DNA from: Eledone cirrhosa
Taxonomy: Eukaryota
Direction of reading: 5' to 3'
Length of the DNA stretch: 64,000 nucleotides
Assembly (NCBI GenBank): GCA_964016885.1
Contig: CAXHJY010001592.1
Span: forward strand, 1-64,000
Shown: positions 53,821 to 64,000 of the stretch, one piece after another
Numbering within the stretch: position 1 is the stretch's first letter
How the letters are laid out: the number at the start of each line of letters is the position of its first letter
The notes under the pieces: model-generated
The model's input: the letters and a program-made list of their open reading frames with translations, nothing else
Told to the model about the DNA's origin: nothing
Database searches by the model: none
Position numbers and translations under genes: made by a program

Positions 53821-55104
53821 AGAAGAGCGATAAGCAGCCCGTGTGTACGAAAAAGTTGTATTTGTATATAAACAGAGTGGGTAACCAAGATTACGCCAAT
53901 GATTATGTAAATATGCACATTTTTAATGTGCAGACATGTAAGCTTGCCAGAGAATACAAATTTCCCTGTAAATTGAAAGATTGATAAACACCCTTAATCG
54001 ATTTTCGGACCTAGTTGTGTCCTCATCAAAAGGCATGTATACAACCACAAGGAACCACGTATTTGATGGCCTTATATTTCCATTGGCTGGACGTATTAAT
54101 TTATATCTTAATTAACTACAAACAGGAACGATAATTATATGCAAATTAGCACGTATATCTCAGAGTACTACTAATAGCGAATGATAGATAGATAGATATG
54201 TTTCTTTATTAGCCACAGGGGCACAAAAGAAGGGGACAAATACAAAGGGGGAAGTTTACATACAATAAAAACGTGTAAAATGTTATCACAGATGGAATTT
54301 AAAAGTTAGTCGATTTTCCCCAATAGAGGGAGACAGTTTATATGGGTAACACATACCCCCGAAAAAAATGTGCAACCCTCATCTCCAGGAGTACGAAGAG
54401 CTTGTACTCCTTTCCTCTCCTCCTCCTTTTCCTCAATAGATAGATAGGTAGATAGATAGAGAGATAGATAGATAGAGAGATACATAGATATATAGATAGA
54501 GAGAGTATGAGAGAGAAATATATATATATAAGTAGACCTCGGTTTCACTGCTAGTATCGGTTGCATCTCAGCGTACTCAATAGGTAATGTTATGTAAAAT
54601 CCCAGAGTAGACACATAGTTTTTCGCTTCGATGCAACACACGTAAATGGGTACCTTCAATCTATACCCGTACTCGAGTTTCTGCCACACTTAATGCAGCA
54701 ATACAGTGAACAGCATCCACTGTCTGCATTTATTATGCAGCAATGCCCAATCGGCGCATGTCGCTTCATCAGCGGGTTTTGTCTAATCAATAACCAATCG
54801 ATCGACAGAATTCAATTCCAGTCCGTGTCGGCTATGACAGTGAATGCGACGGTCAACAGAGTATTACATTAGCAACTGAAATCCCTACGCGTCATCACAA
54901 TGCCGTCAACTGATTGGCTATTGGTTCAGAAATTTACGTGACGGTAGGAGACGAAATTCAAAATAGTTCCGCTCCCGCCATAAGCTCTCAGCCAACGTAT
55001 CTCAAACACAAATTAACAATTAAGTGAAACATTGGTTATTAGAGAAAATCAGTCTCTAATCGCTGTACAATAGAATGGTAGCATTCAGCTCCAGTCTCCA
55101 AGTA

Positions 55105-55210
<106 letters not shown>

Positions 55211-55372
55211 TACATATATAAGCACACAGACTCACACAATATCTTCAGAAGAAATTAAAGTTAAAAAAAAGTAATAAATTGTGAAGCAAAGAATGAAAGG
55301 AAGAAGTAGTGAAGTGGAGGATATGAACAGAGGTGGGGGTTATACATATATAAATATATCTATGTATGTATA

Positions 55373-55462
<90 letters not shown>

Positions 55463-55481
55463 TATATATATATATATATAC

Positions 55482-55547
<66 letters not shown>

Positions 55548-55784
55548 TGTACACGTACATACATATATGTATACAAACGTACAGTAGTATGTATATATAT
55601 ATACATACATGCACACATATATATGTACGTATGGATTCACCGAACATTTATTATAATGCTCGGTGTGTTTGTAAACAATCATCCCGTATTAAGCCGTAGT
55701 GTCCAGCAACCATCGTTGCTCGTTTGTTCAACACTGACAAAGGAACGCTGTACAAGCTTATTAGCTATCTATAATATATGCAAT

Positions 55785-55818
<34 letters not shown>

Positions 55819-56338
55819 GTACGCAGTTTGATTAAGGAAGTTATTTGAGATAAACATAAAATATAAACATTTACGTCACAAATATCCTTGAGATATTAAT
55901 TAATTGAAGTTAATTACTTACGTATAAGTCAAGTAACTAGTATTGAGTTCTTCAGGCCAGTGTTGTCGCAACTCATGTATGCACTAAATACACTATATAT
56001 ACACTATATATACACTATATACACAATATGTGCGCTATACAATCATGACATATGATACTGTTGGAGGAACAAGCAAAGGTGATACATGGCACCAGAGCAA
56101 CGTGAAATAATGTGTCACCTGGTCTGGGGATCGAAACTAAGACCTAACGATTATGAGCCCCAAACCCTAACTAGTAGATCACACACTTTTACTGATATTT
56201 CAATACTCTTCATGTTTTCGATAAATCAGTACTAAAAAACCCCATTTCCTAGGTAAAACAGAAATAGATAGATAAAGAGAGAGAAAGCTTGAGCGAGAGA
56301 GAGAGAGTGAGAGAAAGAGAGAGAGAGAGTGAGATAGA

Positions 56339-56376
<38 letters not shown>

Positions 56377-56396
56377 GTGAGAGAGAGTGAGATAGA

Positions 56397-56474
<78 letters not shown>

Positions 56475-56615
56475 GTTTGTGTGGTATATTCAATGTTGCT
56501 TCAGTTTCTTTTTCTGTTTCCATTATCCCCTGTCCGCCGATGTCTCTTACATTATACACACACACACACATATATATACATACACACGTACATTGTATGT
56601 ATGGATGTATATATG

Positions 56616-56735
<120 letters not shown>

Positions 56736-56957
56736 AATTAAGTTAAAGATGTACATCCATATATGTATACTGAAATACTAGTATGTATATGAATACACAC
56801 ACGTATACATATGTAGATGTACCAAGTTTTTTCACTGGTCACTTTACTGTGAGTGGCCAGCTATTCTGTATGTAAACACACAGACAAACCGGTTTTTAGA
56901 GTCATACTGGTTTTTGAGGAAACACCTTTCCTCTATTCTCCAGAAAGCCAGACAAGG

Positions 56958-57002
56958 AATATTGAACTAGTTTCGTTGTTGTTACAACTCATCAGCAATA
57001 TT
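56958..57002 (-). ncRNA. Type I hammerhead ribozyme
   Basis: Minus strand: AATATTG-CTGATGA-GTTGT-AACA-ACAAC-GAAAC-TA-GTT-CAATATT. Confidence 0.9.
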
Positions 57003-57769
57003 TACCTATCTTCCGGCCTTTCTAGAGAATCGTAAAAGCACATATCGTTATATGCTTTTTCTATGAAAATTAGTAGTGGGCAGACTAATTTGCATAGAGT
57101 GTGAGTAAGTACCGGTTCAACGGAGACGATAAAAACAAATAACGAAACGAAATTAAATTTCGTTTCGTTTGTAACTCACTTTTGTATGACTGACGCTTAA
57201 ACAATTAAGTTAAAGATGTACATCCATATATGTATACTGAAATACTAGTATGTATATGAATACACACACGTATACATATGTAGATGTACCAAGTTTTTTC
57301 ACTGGTCACTTTACTGTGAGTGGCCAGCTATTCTGTATGTAAACACAGACAAACTGGCTTTCTGGAGAATAGAGGAAAGGTGTTTCCTCAAAAACCAGTA
57401 TGACTCTAAAAACCGGTTTGTCTGTGTGTTTACATACAGAATAGCTGGCCACTCACAGTAAAGTGACCAGTGAAAAAACTTGGTACATCTACATATGTAT
57501 ACGTGTGTGTATTCATATACATACTAGTATTTCAGTATACATATATGGATGTACATCTTTAACTTAATTGTTTAAGCGTCAGTCATACAAAAGTGAGTTA
57601 CAAACGAAACGAAATTTAATTTCGTTTCGTTATTTGTTTTTATCGTCTCCGTTGAACCGGTACTTACTCACACTCTATGCAAATTAGTCTGCCCACTACT
57701 AATTTTCATAGAAAAAGCATATAACGATATGTGCTTTTACGATTCTCTAGAAAGGCCGGAAGATAGGTA

Positions 57770-57814
57770 AATATTGCTGATGAGTTGTAGCAACAACGAA
57801 ACTAGTTCAATATT
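57770..57814 (+). ncRNA. Type I hammerhead ribozyme
   Basis: AATATTG-CTGATGA-GTTGT-AGCA-ACAAC-GAAAC-TA-GTT-CAATATT. Confidence 0.9.
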
Positions 57815-58559
57815 CCTTGTCTGGCTTTCTGGAGAATAGAGGAAAGGTGTTTCCTCAAAAACCAGTATGACTCTAAAAACCGGTTTGTCTGTGTGTTTAC
57901 ATACAGAATAGCTGGCCACTCACAGTAAAGTGACCAGTGAAAAAACTTGGTACATCTACATATGTATACGTGTGTGTATTCATATACATACTAGTATTTC
58001 AGTATACATATATGGATGTACATCTTTAACTTAATTGTTTAAGCGTCAGTCATACAAAAGTGAGTTACAAACGAAACGAAATTTAATTTCGTTTCGTTAT
58101 TTGTTTTTATATATATATATATATATATACATACATACACATATACATTATCTCATACATAGGCCACATACAAACATAAACACTGTAGTGTCAAATCAAG
58201 GTAGTTTATCAAGTTCAGTGCTATTTGCATTAGATCTTATATATTAGTTTCGGATTTAGACACAAGGCCAGCAATTTGGGACGAAGTGGAAGTTGATTGA
58301 ATTATAATATAATTGACATGAAAAACAAACACATTCAATTTACTAAATCTCACAATGTCATGAAAAACCATTGACATTATATAAAAAATAATTGAGCAAT
58401 ATCTAATAAAAACAAAGAACACTATTAAAGGGAGCAACAAAAGAAGAAAAAGGAAATGAAGAGAAGAAAGAGAAAAATGTGTCAAGCCACGAAAGAAAGT
58501 GGTGTCACAGTCTGAGCGGTTTCACAGCTGCGCCTCACGGACAAAAATGGAAAAGACGT

Positions 58560-59330
58560 TACCGCGGAGAATGACCGCTGCAACAGCCACCCCACCTTAC
58601 GTTCAAGAGTGAATCGGAGGCCGAGGCCAAGGCCACTGAATCTTGATGGGAATTTCACCTGTTGCCAGCCGGCGCTGTCAAAGCAAGCATTGAAGGTGAG
58701 TTCGGCATAGCGTCGGGATGGTGACATCAATTCGACAAGTCAATCTACTAGAGTGGGCCGTGTAGCCTAAAGGGGAATTTGGGGGGAGCGAAGCGGTTCC
58801 TCAGGAGGAAGAGTGCTGTGTGCGCGTCCATGTGGCGTAATATCTCTATCACCCTCGTCAGGTCAAAGAAGGAAAACGTCTTTTTATTATCTTTATGCAT
58901 TTCAAACAGTCACTCGCCTAAGGCTTTCGGGAGGATAGGGGAGCCGAGAATGCAGACGGTGTTCTTCAGGGTCAGCCGAGCCCCAGTCAGGACAGGATCG
59001 ATGCTGAGTACGGCGTCTTGGAATTCGACTTTACCGTAGCTCACATTAACGACCTCCGACTTGGACGGGTACTTTATGATAGGGATGACCCGCTGGAGGT
59101 CCTCAGCAACATGCCCAACCGAACATCATAGTCGCATGTCCAATCAACAGACATTGAAGGCAAGAGGACTGAATCGACGATGCCATCAAAATCCAGTGCG
59201 ATTTAGGAGAGGGCCGGGTGGGTCCTCTTGCCGGACACCTATCGCGGAGGTGATTCGTTTGTCAGCAACCACGAGTGTGCTGGGTGTCCCACAAGAGAGG
59301 TTTGTGAGAGCGTGCAACAAGGAAGCACAT
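58560..59330 (-). pseudogene. CRE-like non-LTR RT remnant
   Basis: The minus strand gives GVRQEDP (compare GVQQGDP), AFNVC*LD, ILGSPI and GWQQVKFPSRFSGLGL, with many disruptions. Confidence 0.65.
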
Positions 59331-59656
59331 CTTTTTATTATTCTTATACATTTAAGATATTATTGTGGTTTCAGAATAACTACCTCTATGATTTTATGTA
59401 CGGAGGAATAGATGAAAGTGTTTATATTTCACACTTCATTCTTATCACAGTTATTGCTGTTCTAGCTAAATATATATTTCAAAACACACCCACTGTATTG
59501 CCATTAACTAAAATGTGTGCATTCTGAACTACGGGTTGCAGTATCATTACTACAACCTCGAGATTTATTGAGTGGGTGAGGCGTTGGCCGGAGACCGTTG
59601 AGTTAACATCAACGATTTTCGTAAACCTTGTGTTTATTATTTTACTAAGTTACTAA

Positions 59657-59977
59657 GGGCGGCGGATTGGCAGTATCGGTAGAGTCGGACACCATGCTTT
59701 GCAGCATAGAGTTACGGTCTTTACGGTCTGAGTTCAAATCCCGCGAAGGTTAACTTTGCCTTTCATCGTTACGGGGTCGATAAAATAAAGGACCAGTAAC
59801 GTACTGGGGTCGATTTAATCGACTTTCCCCTCCCCCAAATTATTGGCTTTGTGCCTATATTAGAAATCATTATTTTACGAGGTTAACTTTGCCTTTCATC
59901 CTTACGGGGTCGATAGAATAAAGTACCAGTAATGTATTGGGTAATTGCTGGCCTTGTGCCAAAAGTAGAAACAATTA
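59657..59977 (+). mobile_element. SINE dimer (long variant plus truncated short variant) with flanking direct repeat
   Basis: ATTATTTTACTAAGTTACTAA occurs on both sides (about 59636 and 59974), a likely target-site duplication. Confidence 0.8.
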
Positions 59978-60174
59978 TTTTACTAAGTTACTAAAGGTGT
60001 ACACGTAATGCAAATTGAACTAAGCATTTCGGGTACTATCTATATTCTGTATGACATATGTGTAGCGTTACTATAGCAACATTCCACCGCACATGGGATC
60101 ATACGAGTAGTTATTCTCTGATGAGGAGACAAAAATCTCTGATATGTACATAAAGACAATAGGCTTCTAATTCC

Positions 60175-60209
<35 letters not shown>

Positions 60210-60789
60210 ACATATATATATACATATATATGCATGTATACACACACACACACACACACACAAATACATATATAATTATAAAGAAGAATGTTTTTCGGTG
60301 CAAAAGAATTTACGAGAGTGTTCCGGTTGCTGAGTGAGTATATTTGTATGTGCATGTGTATGTTTAAATATGTATGTGCATATGTATGTGTATGTGTATG
60401 TGATATGTCTGTGTGTGTATGAGAGTGTATGTGTGATTATGTCCTTATACCAATGTCTAATGATGTGGTATTTCACCTGCATTTCTGGAAATCAATCTCT
60501 ACACAGATCAATATTGTTATGGTCAGTTTATGAATGTTTGAGAGATTTTGATATGTCAAATCAATCAAACATAAAACAGTAGTCATTATTACAACAGCAA
60601 CAACATCAACAACAACAACAACAATACTTATTGTTTTAGGTTGTTTGGTCTGTTTTATGTGAAAGAGGGAGGGGGAGTATTCCGGTTATTGGTATTTCAT
60701 TGTTTTTTTACAATAAATTCCATTATAACAAACACACACCCGACCAACGACACAGACACCACCAATACTACTACTATTAATAATAATAA

Positions 60790-61230
60790 TAATTGTTTCT
60801 ACTTTTGGCACAAGGCCAGCAATTACCAGTGCATTACTGGTACTTTATTTTATCGACCCCGTAAGGATGAAAGGCAAAGTTAACCTCGGCGGGATTTTAA
60901 TGTTTCTACTTTTGGCACAAAGCCAGCAATTACCCAAGTACATTACTGGTGCTTTATTGTATCGACCCCGTAGGGATGAAAGGCAAAGTTAACCTCGGCT
61001 GATTTGAACTCAGAAATAAAGGGCCATAACTCCATACTGCAAAGCATGGTGCTTGACCTTCTTCCAAATAATAATTGTTTCTACTTTTGGCACAAGGCCA
61101 GCAATTATCCCAGTGCATTACTGGTACTTTATTTTATCGACCCCGTAAGGCATAATAATAGTCTTTGATTTAGGTACAAAGCCAACAATTTTTTGGGAGG
61201 TGAAAGTCTATTAAATCGACCCCAGGTACT
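60790..61230 (-). mobile_element. Tandem SINE fragments
   Basis: Three to four partial family copies. Confidence 0.8.
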
Positions 61231-61249
61231 TTAGTCTAGTATAGACACT

Positions 61250-61410
61250 ATACTAGAACTGTTCATTCGTTTGATTGATTTCATACGAATGAAATAATTC
61301 TAGTCCTGTAGAAGTTATTTCTATATAAAATAAAGATGTCAATACTCTACCAACGTATTTAGTATCTTTTTTAACTGTGGTTACCTCCCGACACCACTCG
61401 GGAACCTACA
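61250..61410 (+). mobile_element. Decayed relative of the 7596-8770 pLTR family with a broken HHR
   Basis: GAATGAAATAATTCTAGTCCTGTAGAA...ACTGTGGTTACCTCC matches the 7596-7729 segment in reverse complement. Confidence 0.6.
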
Positions 61411-61477
61411 TATTATATATATATATATGTGTTACACACAGGCACACATACACACACATATACATATATACACATAT

Positions 61478-61620
<143 letters not shown>

Positions 61621-61635
61621 TACACGCACACACAT

Positions 61636-62900
61636 ATTTTATAGACCTAACCACAGTTTTCAAAACTGTGAACAGAAATGCTCTCTGGACAGTTCTCAAA
61701 AAAAAAAAAAAAAATATTTGCATGATAAGATGCTAAATGTCATCATTTCCTTTGATGAAGGAATGAAAGCATTTGCTTTATCAGATGGTCAACTTTAAAA
61801 ATTTTCCGACGTTTCGAACAGCTCAAAACAAGGTTGTCTCAAGGCCCCAGTTCCTTTTATATGTTTATTTTTAGCCATGTTTCCCCACGTTTATGGCTAT
61901 CTAGATTTAGATCTACAGTTTGAATTCTTTAATAAGTGTGGCCTTTGCTATCACCAGTGTTTTACAGCAAAAACTTGTCCAAATGGCAGTCATATATAAC
62001 CTCTTGTATGCTGCACCTTTTGCAACATCGATCAAAGAAGCACAATAGCTTGTTAGTCAATTTTCTAACATTAAAAATATTGAAGTCGTCCAAAAGCCAA
62101 GGCCCACCACCAAGCAAATAAGAGGCATAAAACAGCAACAACCCGTTCAACAGTTTCCTACTTCTCTCATCCTCATCGATGGCAAAACCTGAAATGTGTA
62201 GACACTTTCACATATCTAAGGGGCGTATTGAACTCAAGTACCTCTCTTGTTGATGAAATAGTCAACGATATAGTCGAAGCTAGCATTGCTTTCGCCTAAC
62301 TTTGTCTTCGTCTCTGGGATGCAATGAGAATAATCTCATTAGAAACCAAAATTAATCTCTACCAATCTGTAGATCTTTCCGATCTCTTGTTCAGATTATA
62401 ATCTCGGGTCCCCTATCGATCATATATTAACCAGCTTGATATCTTTCATAAACGATGTCTTCAGACCATTTGTGGATACAGCTTAAATGATGAAATTTCG
62501 AATATTCTCTAAATGTAAAATTAGTGGAATCGGATTCTTTCTTTGCAATACCAATTAAGATCTATCTGTCATGTCATTAAAATGAGTGACAACAGAATTT
62601 TAAAACGTTTTCATGTACAGGAAGTTCCAAGTTGGAAGGAAAAATGTAGGAGAACCATAGTTGAGGTACAAAGACAAGCACAAAGTTAACATGAAAGCGA
62701 CAAAGATTCATTTCAATTACAATGAATGGAGAATCATTTTCTATAAAACCATAAGCAAGCTATGAAATACGCCTTCTGGATCATCTTAAAAGATTGAACT
62801 CAAAGAAAGAATCGATTTTTATCTTGCCAGCCATTTTGAATAACCATCCTCTCTTATGTACAATCTATGATATAGATTGCAAATCATTGAGACTTAAACA
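61636..62900 (+). pseudogene. Decayed RTE-clade LINE RT and 3' region
   Basis: [40 protein letters not shown] and later LETKINLYQSV and FHKRCLQTI, with many stops. Confidence 0.75.
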
Positions 62901-63094
62901 TGAAAATAAAATAAAAACTTAGCTGTTGGACCTTCGTACGTCGAAATCAATGGGAGTTGCGACCAGCAATGGAAAGATGGAATTATAGTTACCTAGGTCA
63001 GATTTGACCATCGGCTCCTTTTCTTTTTGTTGTGTTGTCGTTGCTTTTGTATAGCCACAAATTGGCAGAGCCGTTAAAGCGTCAGTCTGTGTTT

Positions 63095-63290
63095 AAACCA
63101 GGACCACATCCCGATCAGCGCTTGACCCAGAATCCTAACCCGGTCTTCGATTGACTCAGGATTATTCCTCGGTTTGTGCTTTGATCAAGACCACACCCGG
63201 TCTGCGCTTGACCCACGATCACACCCAAGTCTTCACTCGATCCAGGATGCACCTCGGTCTGTGCTTGACCCAGGACCACACTTGGACTCG
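63095..63290. repeat. Degenerate ~28-30-bp minisatellite
   Basis: Variants of CCAGGACCACACCCGGTCTGCGCTTGAC repeated about 6-7 times. Confidence 0.7.
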
Positions 63291-63760
63291 ACAATATCCC
63301 TACATCTCTTTGCCAGGTACTTAGCATAGACTTTCTTGGGGAGGCTTAACAAGGAAATTCCTTTATTAATAAAGCAATCTCTCTTCTCTTCGTTTTTGAA
63401 AATTGGGATTATTCTCCCGATTGCGATTGCATTGGTACCTTTCCAGAGATCCAGGCCGCCTGACACACATGTGTCAACGAGAGCATACCTTCGCTGTTTA
63501 AGGCTTTTAACATCAGCGGAACTGCATAAGTTTCAGTCTTAGTTCATGTCTGTGCAACATTAGTGAAGTTATCCCACATTGCGTTATAGTTGGCGTTGAT
63601 AGCAGATGCACTTACTTCCACATGAAAACCCTCGTAAAAGCATACTTTTCAGTCTGGTTAGGTGGTATCAATGGAGGTTTTTAAAAACATTTTTGAGCAG
63701 CGTCACTTATTTTAAACATCTAAGATCGGGTAATACAGACTTCTTGGCGGTGTGGGGTGG
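63290..63760 (-). pseudogene. LINE RT remnant
   Basis: IIPIFKNEEKRDCFINKGISLLSLPKKVYAKYL matches RT domains 1-2 of RTE/L2-type elements. Confidence 0.7.
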
Positions 63761-64000
63761 GAGTGACCTTGAAAGGCTCATCTAAATGTTGCTTAGCTGC
63801 TACTATTTTTCCAGAAAATTCCCACGTCACGTGGGAATTTGTGCTTAAGAATCACACAGACCCCTGCTGATGTTTTCAACAAATGTCTATCCGTTGGTGT
63901 TTGTTAGGACTAGTTCCCTAAAGCCCTTCATTTATGTTTTCAAATTATTGTTGTGTGGTATGGACTCCGAACAATTCGCATTATATTTTACAATGGTATT

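Overview
AT-rich eukaryotic (metazoan) DNA, not prokaryotic. The recurring tRNA-derived SINE, RTE/R4/CRE/Tx1 LINE relics and huge (TA)n/(CA)n/(TATG)n tracts suggest an octopod or other mollusc (inference). Most ORFs in the track are microsatellite artefacts, and no complete host gene is recognisable (one candidate exon). The dominant signal is a cluster of Penelope-like elements (PLEs: RT with YRDD plus GIY-YIG, mostly Naiad-like) and non-coding PLE-type repeats inserted into (TA)n. By hand I can fold 18 intact-looking type I hammerhead ribozymes (HHRs) from about 9 sequence families, plus several broken ones. At least six HHR-bearing insertions are head-to-head palindromes with 3'/ribozyme ends pointing outward into TA tracts. 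Two related retrozyme-like tandem families (about 470 bp and 424 bp) carry a palindromic helix III, stem II covariation and a conserved octamer (ATGCAAAT) upstream of the ribozyme. All folds and coordinates were read by eye and need computational confirmation.
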